Origin: Fidelibacterota bacterium | GTDB taxonomy: Bacteria > Fidelibacterota > Marinisomatia > Marinisomatales > UBA1611 | Length of the DNA stretch: 64,000 bases | Assembly (NCBI GenBank): GCA_018649625.1 | Contig: JABIHN010000040.1 | Span: 3,189 to 67,188 of the forward strand | Direction: 5' to 3' | In this document: in pieces, positions 1 to 8,537 of the stretch | Position numbering within the stretch: the first letter of the stretch is position 1 | How the letters are laid out: each line of letters begins with the position of its first letter | The notes under the pieces: model-generated | What the model was told of the DNA's origin: nothing | The model's input: the letters and a program-made list of their open reading frames with translations, nothing else | Databases searched by the model: none | Translations under genes and position numbers: made by a program

Positions 1-309
1 ATTGTTGTGAGCCAAGCATTGCATGGTATATGTTTTGCCTTTTTCTTTGCAGCTGCATTCATGTATGTGGATCGTATTACGGATAAAGATATTCGCCATT
101 CTGCTCAAACCGTTTTTGGAATTATCATATTGGGTGGTGGGCCAGTTATAGGCGGATGGCTTTCAGGTTTTTTACAAGAATACTATACCGTTAATGGTGT
201 ATTCAATTTTTCAAACTTTTGGTATACCATTGCAGGATTAAGTATCCTAACTACTGTATTCTTCTTTACATCATTTCGAGAAGAATTAGATATAAAAACA
301 TCAAATTAA
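1..309 (+). CDS. MFS-type permease, C-terminal fragment (gene starts upstream of window)
   Basis: Frame 1 is open from base 1 to TAA at 307-309. Hydrophobic helices (ICFAFFFAAAF, GIIILGGGPVIGGWLSGF, IAGLSILTTVFFF) look like the last TM helices of an MFS permease. Family-level call only. Confidence 0.5.
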   Translation: MVVSQALHGICFAFFFAAAFMYVDRITDKDIRHSAQTVFGIIILGGGPVIGGWLSGFLQEYYTVNGVFNFSNFWYTIAGLSILTTVFFFTSFREELDIKTSN

Positions 310-333
310 ATTAATTTTTAAAGGAATTGAAAT

Positions 334-1587
334 ATGAGTATTAAAAGATTGGGGATTGGTTTTATTGGGGGTGGTTTTATTACCAAATTTCATATTCAAT
401 CATTTATCAGTGTGCGAAATGCGGATATTTTGGGTGTCATGTCTCGGACGAAAAGTTCTGCGGAAGACTCGGCTGCTTTAGCCCGAAAGATTGGTGTAGG
501 CGATGCCAAAGCATATGATACAATTACGGACATGATTGCAGACCCAGAAATAAATGCTCTTTGGATTTGTTCGCCTAACTACACTCGAATCAAGACAATG
601 GAAGAAATTGTAAATGCTATTGAAAATGGAGTTGGTGAATTAATTGGAATTGCCTGTGAAAAGCCTTTAGGACGAAATGTTGCTGAAGCTAAAAAGGTAT
701 TAGAATTAGCCCAAAGGGTGAATTTATTAGATGGTTATTTGGAGAATCAAGTATTCTCACCGCCGGTAACCCGCGGGAAGGAAATTATCTGGGAACGAGC
801 AGTTAAATCAACAGGACGGCCTTATTTGGCACGAACAGCAGAAGAGCATAGCGGCCCACACATGCCTTGGTTTTGGGAAGGTGAATTACAAGGCGGTGGC
901 GTATTGAATGATATGATGTGTCATTCAGTAGAAGAAGCACGGTTTGTACTTACAGAACCTGGGGCACCACGAGAATCATTGAAACCAATTAGTGTTCAAG
1001 CTTATGCATCTTGCCTTAAATGGCAGCAACCCAAATATGCAGATCAGTTAGCTGAATCCAGTGGCGGTAAATTGGATTATAGAAATCGACCGTCTGAAGA
1101 TTTTGCCCGTTCTTTGATTGAATATGAAACTGAAGATGGGCAAAAGCTTGTGGTAGAAACAACCACATCTTGGTGTTTTGTGGGCGCTGGTTTACGTTTA
1201 AGTATGGAATTGTTTGGACCGGAATATTCCATGTTTATGAATACGTTGGATACAGATTTAAAATTGTTTTTTAGTCGTGAAGTCTCTGGAAATCAGGGAG
1301 AAGATATGGTAGAAAAACAAAATGCAGAATCTGGCGTTATGCCTGTTGTAAGCAGTGAAGAAGAAGTGTACGGTTATACTGCAGAAAATCGCCATATGGT
1401 GGAATCGTTTTTAGCTGGAAAACGTCCATCTGAAAACTTTAGCGATGGCGTTGCTGTCACAGAATTATTGATGACGGCTTACATGAGTGCCGAACAAGGG
1501 AAAACGATCCAATTCCCACCAGATAATCTGGATACATTTATCCCTGCTGTGGCAAAAGGCGAATGGAACCCAAATAAAAAACGATGA
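334..1587 (+). CDS. Gfo/Idh/MocA-family NAD(P)-dependent oxidoreductase (no signal peptide)
   Basis: Rossmann motif GIGFIGGGFITKFH; family-typical ACEKPLGRN motif; AAGGAA SD-like motif upstream of the ATG; TGA stop. Confidence 0.85.
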   Translation: MSIKRLGIGFIGGGFITKFHIQSFISVRNADILGVMSRTKSSAEDSAALARKIGVGDAKAYDTITDMIADPEINALWICSPNYTRIKTMEEIVNAIENGVGELIGIACEKPLGRNVAEAKKVLELAQRVNLLDGYLENQVFSPPVTRGKEIIWERAVKSTGRPYLARTAEEHSGPHMPWFWEGELQGGGVLNDMMCHSVEEARFVLTEPGAPRESLKPISVQAYASCLKWQQPKYADQLAESSGGKLDYRNRPSEDFARSLIEYETEDGQKLVVETTTSWCFVGAGLRLSMELFGPEYSMFMNTLDTDLKLFFSREVSGNQGEDMVEKQNAESGVMPVVSSEEEVYGYTAENRHMVESFLAGKRPSENFSDGVAVTELLMTAYMSAEQGKTIQFPPDNLDTFIPAVAKGEWNPNKKR

Positions 1588-1839
1588 AAAGTGTCAATAA
1601 ATTATTTATCTAATGTATTATAATCGAAATATAATCTGTTTTATAAACCCCTCTATAATTCTCCCCTATTACAGGGGAGAAAATAAAAGGAGTCCACTTT
1701 TAAAACCTTTCTTTTCCCTTGTCATAGGGGAAACACAATGGGGTCAAAAATAATGAAACATGATTTTCATAAACATATCAGATTAAAACAAAATTTTACA
1801 AAAAATAGTAAAAATTCTTAAAAAAATAAAATAGGTGAA

Positions 1840-3273
1840 ATGATGAAAAAACAAATATTATTAATCTTAATGGCGGGGCTTTTTGTGTTGCCGATCAATG
1901 CACAACCTGTTTCAGTAACAACTGATTATTCAGATGCTCGAATCCAAGATTTAAAATTGGGTACGCAGGCTTGGACATTTAGGAAATTTTCTTTTTACGA
2001 AATGTTGGATATGATGAAAGATTTGGATCTTCATTATCTTGAAGCCTATCCTGGACAAGTATTGGACAAAGAGAATCCAGATGAGCGATTCAGCCACAAT
2101 ATGTCTACCGGTCAAATGGCAGAAGTGAAAAAAGCACTTAAAGAATACAATGTTCATCTTTATGCCTATGGCGTGGTTGGTTTTGAGAATAATGAAGAAA
2201 GCACAAAAGTTGTATTTGAGTTTGCAAAAAAAATGGGCATTCGAACCATTGTAACAGAGCCAAAATATGATGATTTTTCCATTATTGAAAAAATGGTAAA
2301 GAAGTATAATATACAAGTGGCGATTCATAATCATCCTTATCCATCAAAATATGCTTTTCCACAAACAGTTTTAGATCATATTCGTGGTTTGGATGAGCGC
2401 ATTGGTGCTTGTGCTGATATTGGCCATTGGATGAGAAGTGGGCTAAATGTAGTAGAAAGTTTGCGATTATTGGATGGTCGGATATTGGATGTTCATTTTG
2501 AAGATTTGGATGAGATTGGTTCCAAAAAAGCCAATACGGTTCCATTTGGTTCAGGAAAAGCAAATATTCATGATGTGTTGGCCGAATTGTCGCGACAAAA
2601 TTTTTATGGCATATTGGCGACTGAATTGGAACAAGGATCTGTTGTGAAAAACCCGGTGCCAACCATTCGGGAAGGGAAGAAGTATGTTGATGATATTACC
2701 CATTATAAAGATTGGGAAGAAATATTAGACCAAGGTGGGAATGGCCGTTTTAACAAACATGGCTGGAATCATTATGGTCCAGGATATTTTGAATTAGACC
2801 ATAAAACTGGTGTTTTAAAATCAAAACTGGGAATGGGTTTATTTTGGTATGCTAAAAAAATGCTCGGAGATTTTACATTAGACTTGGAATTTATGGTAGA
2901 CCAGGAAAGATCTAATTCTGGTATTTTTTTACGAATCCCTGGTGTACCCCATGATAATTTTTATGTGGGGCATTCATTCGAAGTACAAATTTATCATCCA
3001 GGAGATGGAACTCATCGTACTGGCGCCATTTATGACGCTGAACCACCTTTAGCTAATGCGACGAAAGGCCCAGGAGAATGGAATCATTATTCCATCACAT
3101 TTAAGGGTGACAAAATTATCGTTTATCTAAATGGCATAAAGGTGCAAGATTGGAAGGCAGAACCCCGTGGTAAAATTAGTGATTTTTCAGATAAAGGTTT
3201 TATTGGCTTGCAAAACCATGATTGGGAAACAGCGGTATTTTATCGGAACATTTTTCTAAAGGAATTAGAATAG
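1840..3273 (+). CDS. Secreted fusion: xylose-isomerase-like TIM barrel (sugar phosphate isomerase/epimerase family) + C-terminal DUF1080 (3-keto-disaccharide-hydrolase-like) domain
   Basis: Signal peptide MMKKQILLILMAGLFVLPINAQ. The N-half (LGTQAWTFRKFS..VAIHNHPYP..CADIGHW..HFEDL) fits the TIM-barrel AP_endonuc_2 pattern. The C-half (GWNHYGPGYFELD..GDFTLDLEFMV..SNSGIFLR..FEVQI..TGAIYD..GEWNHYSITFKG..YLNG..GFIGLQNH..FYRNIFLKEL) fits DUF1080. AGGTGA SD upstream. Confidence 0.8.
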   Translation: MMKKQILLILMAGLFVLPINAQPVSVTTDYSDARIQDLKLGTQAWTFRKFSFYEMLDMMKDLDLHYLEAYPGQVLDKENPDERFSHNMSTGQMAEVKKALKEYNVHLYAYGVVGFENNEESTKVVFEFAKKMGIRTIVTEPKYDDFSIIEKMVKKYNIQVAIHNHPYPSKYAFPQTVLDHIRGLDERIGACADIGHWMRSGLNVVESLRLLDGRILDVHFEDLDEIGSKKANTVPFGSGKANIHDVLAELSRQNFYGILATELEQGSVVKNPVPTIREGKKYVDDITHYKDWEEILDQGGNGRFNKHGWNHYGPGYFELDHKTGVLKSKLGMGLFWYAKKMLGDFTLDLEFMVDQERSNSGIFLRIPGVPHDNFYVGHSFEVQIYHPGDGTHRTGAIYDAEPPLANATKGPGEWNHYSITFKGDKIIVYLNGIKVQDWKAEPRGKISDFSDKGFIGLQNHDWETAVFYRNIFLKELE

Positions 3274-3337
3274 CTACGAAGGTGCCAAGACTCGAAGTTG
3301 AAAAATTAAAACTTTGTGCCTTTGAGACTTTGTGGCA
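3272..3337. repeat. Inverted pair of a stop-codon-proximal 3-unit (NNCACNAAG)x3-type element
   Basis: AGCTACGAAGGTGCCAAGACTCGAAGTT (3272-3299, overlapping the TAG stop of the upstream gene), a 10-nt spacer, then AACTTTGTGCCTTTGAGACTTTGTGGCA (3310-3337). The reverse complement of the second arm is TGCCACAAAGTCTCAAAGGCACAAAGTT. Same family as the elements at 6625, 44319/44366 and 45620. Confidence 0.6.
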
Positions 3338-3352
3338 AAAGGAAATTATTAA

Positions 3353-3820
3353 ATGATTGCAAAAGATTGGAATGAAGCAAAAGCCCAAGTAGATACTTGG
3401 AAAGCTGATGGCCTTAAAGTTGTATTTACCAATGGCTGTTTTGATATTCTTCATCGGGGACATGTGGAATATTTAGCTGATACAAAAGATTGTGGAGACC
3501 GATTGGTCTTGGCGCTGAATAGCGACCGTTCCGTACGTGAATTAAAAGGCGATTCCCGACCCATTCAAAATGAAGATGATCGTGCGGCTATTTTGGATGC
3601 ATTATCGTCTATCGATATGGTAGTTGTTTTTGACGAAGATACACCTGCAGACATTGTTAAAATGTTAATTCCTGATGTATTGGCAAAAGGTGGAGATTAT
3701 ACACCAGATACGATTGTTGGTGCAGATACAGTTATTGAAAATGGCGGTGAAGTTAAAGTGATCCCATTTCGACCGGGACAGAGTACATCCAGTATTGTAG
3801 AAAAAATAATTAAATTATAA
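3353..3820 (+). CDS. hldC: D-glycero-beta-D-manno-heptose 1-phosphate adenylyltransferase (RfaE/HldE domain II type)
   Basis: Aligns by eye along its full length with E. coli HldE domain II. Examples: VVFTNGCFDILHRGHVEYL vs VVMTNGVFDILHAGHVSYL; LKGDSRP; AKGGDY vs VKGGDY. Confidence 0.9.
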   Translation: MIAKDWNEAKAQVDTWKADGLKVVFTNGCFDILHRGHVEYLADTKDCGDRLVLALNSDRSVRELKGDSRPIQNEDDRAAILDALSSIDMVVVFDEDTPADIVKMLIPDVLAKGGDYTPDTIVGADTVIENGGEVKVIPFRPGQSTSSIVEKIIKL

Positions 3821-3825
3821 TTAGC

Positions 3826-3940
3826 CGGACTTGACTTAACAGGCGAAGCCGTTGAGTTAAGAACGAATAAAAAGACCACAATTCTTAAGTCAGTTATGCT
3901 ACGCATCCCTAACTCAAGTCTTGTTAAGTTTTGTGGTTGA
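3826..3940. repeat. REP-like flanking repeat, copy 1
   Basis: cggacttgacttaacagg...cctaactcaagtcttgttaagttttgtggttga. Positions 3873-3927 are identical to 4552-4606. It contains four copies of a ~10-nt motif (C/G)TTGA(C/G)TTA(A/G), two forward (3831, 3851) and two reverse (3885, 3908). It supplies the last codons and the stop of the RAYT ORF. Confidence 0.8.
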
Positions 3941-4496
3941 ATAGATAATTAACAATTTCGTGATTGTCAAAATTTTCTATATATTTTTGATAAGTCCTTG
4001 AATCACCAAATTGATTTATTAATAATTGATTATCAAATAATATACCATTTCGGGATCCAATCCATTCAGGATAATTAGAAAATTCCCAATCTTCCAATTT
4101 TTCCACCAAATTTGCTCTTTTTGGATTTAGATGGATGTATGGGCAAATATCTATTAGATATCCTTCATCATTAATTTTTTTATGCTGCAGTTTATTGGCA
4201 AACATTTTTCCTTTTCGATTATATTTAGCATTGAAATGCAAAGCATAGGATATAATAAATCGATTAAAAACTTCATAAACAGGGCGCTCGTTTTTTTGTT
4301 GAATACAAAAGTGAAAATGATTGGGCATTAAACAATAAGCATACAGGGCTATTTCATCTTGTGAATAGTTGGCTTTGAACTTGTTTAAAAAATAAATGTA
4401 ATCATCCCGCTCATTGAATAAATCAATTTCATCCACGGAATGATTGTAGATATGAAAGATTGCTCCTTCTACAAATTCTTCTTTATTACATCTCAT
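3924..4496 (-). CDS. REP-associated tyrosine transposase (IS200/IS605-like Y1 HUH transposase family)
   Basis: HUH motif in LMPNHFHFCIQ; C-terminal Tyr motif CPYIHLNPKRANLV (RAYT-typical YIHxNP); 190 aa. Confidence 0.8.
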   Translation of the reverse strand: MRCNKEEFVEGAIFHIYNHSVDEIDLFNERDDYIYFLNKFKANYSQDEIALYAYCLMPNHFHFCIQQKNERPVYEVFNRFIISYALHFNAKYNRKGKMFANKLQHKKINDEGYLIDICPYIHLNPKRANLVEKLEDWEFSNYPEWIGSRNGILFDNQLLINQFGDSRTYQKYIENFDNHEIVNYLFNHKT

Positions 4497-4506
4497 AATT
4501 ATTTAT

Positions 4507-4619
4507 CGGACTTGACTTATAAGCGAAGCCGTTGAGTTAAGTACGATTTAAAGACCACAATTCTTAAGTCAGTTATGCTACGCATCCCTAACTCAAGTCT
4601 TGTTAAATTTTGTAATTGA
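4507..4619. repeat. REP-like flanking repeat, copy 2
   Basis: Direct repeat of 3826-3940 with a few substitutions or indels near its 5' third. The 55-nt block 4552-4606 is identical to 3873-3927. Confidence 0.8.
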
Positions 4620-4638
4620 TTAAACTCTGCAAGTCTTA

Positions 4639-5586
4639 CTATTTCTTATGGAGCCATTCCATATATTCTGCTACACCTTCTTGGACTGTTTTAAATGGTG
4701 CATTATAACCGGCATTTCGAAGTTTGGTTAAATCAGCTTCTGTGAAACTTTGATAGCTCCCTTTTAAATGATCAGGGAATGGGATGTATTCTATTTCTCC
4801 TTTTCCGTGATAACCAATGACAGATTCGGCTACTTCTTTAAATGTTTGGCACTTTCCTGTACCAATATTGAAAATACCTGATACTTCAGGATGATCCAAC
4901 ATCCATAGATTTACTTTTACAACATCGTCAATATAAATGAAGTCTCGTAGTTGTCCCCCATTATCATATCCACCACTACCTTTGAATAATTTTGGGTTTT
5001 CTCCTGCTTCAATTTGATTGTTTAAATGAAAGGCCACACTGGCCATAGATCCTTTATGCTGCTCTCTTGGACCATATACATTAAAATATCGGAAGCCTAC
5101 CACTTGGCTCTCAAAGGTAGATTCGTGTTGTCGAATATATTGATCGAATAAATATTTAGAATATCCATACACATTAATGGGATTTTCATTTTTTGGATTT
5201 TCGATAAAAATGGTGCTATCGCCGTATGTTGCTGCTGAAGAAGCATAAAAATAGGGGATTTTTCTATCCAAACAATAATGGAGAAGTACCTTCGAATATT
5301 CATAATTATTCGCCATCATATATTGGCCATCCCATTCAGTAGTGGTTGAACAGGCACCTTCGTGATAAATGGCATCAATTTTTCCGAGATCATTTCCACC
5401 TTTGACCATTGATAAAAAATCATCTTTATCTAAATAATCAGAAATATTTAAATCAGAAATATTCCAAAACTTTTTTCCATCTTTTAAATCATCAACCACA
5501 ATAATGTCATTACGTCCGGATTGATTTAATCCTTGAACAATATTACTGCCGATCATGCCGGCACCGCCTGTTACAATGATACTCAT
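4639..5586 (-). CDS. hldD: ADP-L-glycero-D-manno-heptose 6-epimerase
   Basis: Near-colinear by-eye match to E. coli RfaD/HldD: [86 protein letters not shown]. Confidence 0.95.
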   Translation of the reverse strand: MSIIVTGGAGMIGSNIVQGLNQSGRNDIIVVDDLKDGKKFWNISDLNISDYLDKDDFLSMVKGGNDLGKIDAIYHEGACSTTTEWDGQYMMANNYEYSKVLLHYCLDRKIPYFYASSAATYGDSTIFIENPKNENPINVYGYSKYLFDQYIRQHESTFESQVVGFRYFNVYGPREQHKGSMASVAFHLNNQIEAGENPKLFKGSGGYDNGGQLRDFIYIDDVVKVNLWMLDHPEVSGIFNIGTGKCQTFKEVAESVIGYHGKGEIEYIPFPDHLKGSYQSFTEADLTKLRNAGYNAPFKTVQEGVAEYMEWLHKK

Positions 5587-5614
5587 GTTATTTTCTCCTG
5601 AATTTATTTTTCAT

Positions 5615-6160
5615 TTAAATCAATCCTTTTTCGTTATAATTATTAAGAGTTTTTTTTATTATATACCCTTTGGATTGGATTAATTCATTATCCTTATATA
5701 TTTCATCTTTTATTATAATTCCATTTTCGTTGAAATAAGTCCATTTCCCATTTTTATTACCATTTACAAAATTCCCAATATGTGTAGTATATACTTCATT
5801 TACCATACCAGTAGGACTGTTTTTATAAATAAATTTACCATTCCACTCTAATCCATTATTGAGAATACATTTGTAATCTAATGTACCATCAAGATTATAA
5901 TATATAAATTCACCATCTTTTCTTCCATCTATATAATTACCCTGTCTACCAATTACTCCATTTTCAAAGTAACCAATTGATTTACCGTTCAATATCCCTT
6001 CTTTGTAAAATTCTTCTTTAAATTTATTACCATTTTTGAAATAGAAAACACATCTATCATGAAGTTTTCCATTTTTATAATTTAATTTTGAATAAATGCT
6101 TCCATTCTCATAATATTTAAGATACTCACCATTTTTTTTAAAAATATCAAATATTTTCAT
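5615..6160 (-). CDS. MORN-variant repeat protein (YwqK-like)
   Basis: Repeated Y..NG.....Y.NGK..G motifs (YYENGSIYSKLNYKNGKLHD, FYFKNGNKFKEEFYKEGILNG, YFENGVIGRQGNYIDGRKDG). Lies in a very AT-rich stretch. Confidence 0.6.
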   Translation of the reverse strand: MKIFDIFKKNGEYLKYYENGSIYSKLNYKNGKLHDRCVFYFKNGNKFKEEFYKEGILNGKSIGYFENGVIGRQGNYIDGRKDGEFIYYNLDGTLDYKCILNNGLEWNGKFIYKNSPTGMVNEVYTTHIGNFVNGNKNGKWTYFNENGIIIKDEIYKDNELIQSKGYIIKKTLNNYNEKGLI

Positions 6161-6175
6161 AATTGGAATCCATTA

Positions 6176-6595
6176 TTAAATTATAAATATTAAAACCAAA
6201 ATTAGTATTGGAGTAAATACACAAATTATGACTGATGATACAATATAATTCCATCCGATAATTTCAAACCACCTTAAAAAGGCTACAGATTTCAAAAATA
6301 AAAAATCAGAAATTTTTTTGAAATCTTTTATTAATAGAAATGATAATAATATTAAACTTATAAATAATATCTTAATGTTATGTGTATTTAGTTTATAATC
6401 AATAAGAGATAAATAAAAAAGTGGAACAATGTAATAATACATTAATATATTAATTTCGTTATAGGTCAGTTTTGTTATTGAAGATATGTGCAATAATAAA
6501 TCTCTTACAATTATAAAAATTTTATTCATAATTATTTTAGATGTCTTACTCTCGTTACCTTCACCAATAATTAATTCTGTTAATTTATCTGCCAT
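6176..6595 (-). CDS. Hypothetical small integral membrane protein
   Basis: 139-aa ORF with about 4 hydrophobic segments and extreme AT content. No recognisable family. Confidence 0.4.
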   Translation of the reverse strand: MADKLTELIIGEGNESKTSKIIMNKIFIIVRDLLLHISSITKLTYNEINILMYYYIVPLFYLSLIDYKLNTHNIKILFISLILLSFLLIKDFKKISDFLFLKSVAFLRWFEIIGWNYIVSSVIICVFTPILILVLIFII

Positions 6596-6624
6596 TTACT
6601 CTCTGTACCATTTGCTTTATTTTT

Positions 6625-6646
6625 TCTCTGTGTGTTCTCTGTGGCT
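6625..6646 (-). repeat. Single copy of the stop-proximal CACNAAG-type element
   Basis: On the minus strand the sequence reads AGCCACAGAGAACACACAGAGA, starting 1 nt after the TAA stop of the 6648-8537 gene. Confidence 0.5.
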
Positions 6647-6647
6647 A

Positions 6648-8537
6648 TTAAAATAATAAGTTTAATAACGTATCTGTCTCTGAAAAATCCGGGGAAATAT
6701 AATGAGCTCCAGCTCTAATTAATCGACTTCTTTTTTCAGGATTAAGTCCCTTACCGTTTGTTTCATCACTGGCAATTCCAACGGCAATGCCATCTACACG
6801 CCGACATTCTTTAATTTCAACTGGACCGTCCCCAAAGACCACCAATTCATGTCCATGGAGATTATTCTTTTCCATGATTTCACGAATACATTTCTTTTTA
6901 GAATATTTGCTTATATCTCCTACAGAACCAAAAATACCCCCATTGAAAAGGTCTGCGTATCCAAGTAACTTTGCTTCTGCGATTACATCATCCTGATCAG
7001 TTCCACTAGCAAGATATAAAGTAATACCTTGATTGCTTAATGAATGAAGAAAATCAACAGCGCCATTTACAGTAAAATCATTTACAGTTGTATCGCCATT
7101 TTTCAATCTTTCAACTCGGTCATCCACCATTTTTAACAATGCATCATTGTATATTTTTTTGTACCCGAATTTGTCCAAGATTTGATCTTTTGGAACGAAT
7201 CCATATTCTCGAACCATGTTGACCAATCCTTCCATCTGAAGAATGGTTTGAATTCCGGTCGTTTTATCAATGAATTCCAAGGCGCGTTGTCGCGTGTCTT
7301 CGATAAATTGTGAATCTAATGAATGAATTTTATCGCCAAGAATTGCATTCATCATGATCGGTTCCATGACTGCTTCCCAGCCTTCTCGCAAAATGCTGAT
7401 GGTACCATCATGATCAAATACCGCATGTGTAATTTTACCTTCAGGGATATCATTTGTACATATTTCGACGGATGAATCTGGAATCAAATTTGCGTGTATG
7501 ATATTATCCGCTAATTCTGGGTTATATACAAAGCTCGCATCATCGGCTAAAGTGAGAATTTCGTCTCCAGAAGCAGTCCCAGTTTGGAATCGTTTTTTCA
7601 CAGTAACTACCGATGCTAAATTAGCGAATTGAGCTGCATCTTTTGGAGAAAGTCCTGCAGCCAAACAACACGCCAATGCGCTGACCATTGTATCTCCAGC
7701 ACCCACGGGATCTATTTGATCCACAATATGAATTCCAGGAATGGACTGTGCGCCATTTTCATCTACACAAATGAGCCCATTTTCTCCACGGCTAATAAAA
7801 ATGGGTCTGTTATTTTTTGAATATAGTGATTTACCAAATTGAATGATTTCTTCTTCGGAAAAGGTATCGATAGGAGTTGCATCTACGCCATTTAATCGGG
7901 CTGCTTCAACTTCATTCGTTTTAAGAATTACATTCTCTAATTGATCCGAATAATCCCTTGAATCGATTAGAACCAATTTATCTGGATATTTTTTCAACAA
8001 TTGATTTAATTTTTGTAAGAATGAACTATGATCCAAACTTCCAGGAACTTGTTGGTTAATAATTAAAGCATCACATGATTGTAATGCAGATTCAAAAGAA
8101 GCCAGCATATGATCTGATGCTTTTTCTGGTAATGTATTTAAAAAACCGAAATCAATTCGTGGTGCTTCTTCTTGATTAATATATCGTTTGCAAAATGTAA
8201 CAGTTTGATAGGGAGCATCATTTAAAACAACATCGTCTGTGTTCACATTTAATGCTTCAAATTGACGAATGATTTCTTGTCCAAATAAATCGTGTCCCAC
8301 AGAACCAATAGCCACAATTTCTGCTGGATTGAGTGCAGCAATATTTGCAATGACGTTTGCGCCACCACCCAAATGATAGTTTTGCTCTTTAACGGCTTGA
8401 GCTTGCTTTCCCGTTTCGAGAGAAATTTCAGATCCTTTAGGATCTAAAATCCAATAGGCGTCTAAACAAAGGTCACCGTACACTGCGATTTTGACATTTT
8501 TTATTTTGTTTAATATGGATTGAATATCAAGTTTCAT
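6648..8537 (-). CDS. Fusion protein: RfaE-domain-I-like PfkB sugar(-phosphate) kinase + HAD-superfamily phosphatase domain
   Basis: The N-half resembles HldE domain I: VYGDLCLDAYW vs VVGDVMLDRYW; GGGANVIANIAAL vs GGAANVAMNIASL; DPVGAGDTMVSALACCLAAG vs [20 protein letters not shown]. The C-half has HAD motif I (FDHDGTIS) and a late GDGPVE motif, with a large cap region between them. Confidence 0.75.
   Translation of the reverse strand: MKLDIQSILNKIKNVKIAVYGDLCLDAYWILDPKGSEISLETGKQAQAVKEQNYHLGGGANVIANIAALNPAEIVAIGSVGHDLFGQEIIRQFEALNVNTDDVVLNDAPYQTVTFCKRYINQEEAPRIDFGFLNTLPEKASDHMLASFESALQSCDALIINQQVPGSLDHSSFLQKLNQLLKKYPDKLVLIDSRDYSDQLENVILKTNEVEAARLNGVDATPIDTFSEEEIIQFGKSLYSKNNRPIFISRGENGLICVDENGAQSIPGIHIVDQIDPVGAGDTMVSALACCLAAGLSPKDAAQFANLASVVTVKKRFQTGTASGDEILTLADDASFVYNPELADNIIHANLIPDSSVEICTNDIPEGKITHAVFDHDGTISILREGWEAVMEPIMMNAILGDKIHSLDSQFIEDTRQRALEFIDKTTGIQTILQMEGLVNMVREYGFVPKDQILDKFGYKKIYNDALLKMVDDRVERLKNGDTTVNDFTVNGAVDFLHSLSNQGITLYLASGTDQDDVIAEAKLLGYADLFNGGIFGSVGDISKYSKKKCIREIMEKNNLHGHELVVFGDGPVEIKECRRVDGIAVGIASDETNGKGLNPEKRSRLIRAGAHYISPDFSETDTLLNLLF

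Larger units (their letters stand above)
3826..4619 (-). mobile_element. RAYT (REP-associated tyrosine transposase) unit: Y1/HUH transposase gene bracketed by two ~113-nt direct repeats
   Basis: The repeats at 3826-3940 and 4507-4619 share a 55-nt identical block. The enclosed ORF has HUH and Tyr motifs. The unit sits between hldC and hldD. Confidence 0.7.

Noticed and set aside
1650-1760. CCCCT/AGGGG hairpins (tctcccct-attac-aggggaga and tttccct-tgtcata-ggggaaa) as a riboswitch or intrinsic terminator upstream of the TIM-DUF1080 gene.
   Set aside because: There is no U-run after the stems on the plus strand and no resemblance to a riboswitch class I know. I note them only as possible relatives of the 13762-13890 hairpin family.
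1951-2662. Antisense ORFs of 126-127 aa inside the TIM-DUF1080 gene. The same applies to the many 60-136-aa ORFs nested antisense or out of frame in larger genes (e.g. 10690-10917, 15276-15731, 17627-18015, 34560-35217, 39161-39881, 57056-57589, 60035-60397, 60568-60882).
   Set aside because: They lie wholly within longer ORFs that have clear family motifs. They have low-complexity or odd composition (rich in I/F/H/C) and no start-site context or recognisable motifs.
6648-8537. Calling the kinase-HAD fusion a bifunctional HldA-GmhB (heptose-7-P kinase / heptose-1,7-bisphosphate phosphatase).
   Set aside because: The kinase half is HldE-domain-I-like, but the HAD half has a large cap insert, unlike the small cap-less GmhB type. 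No gmhA is nearby either. I kept it as a generic kinase-HAD fusion.
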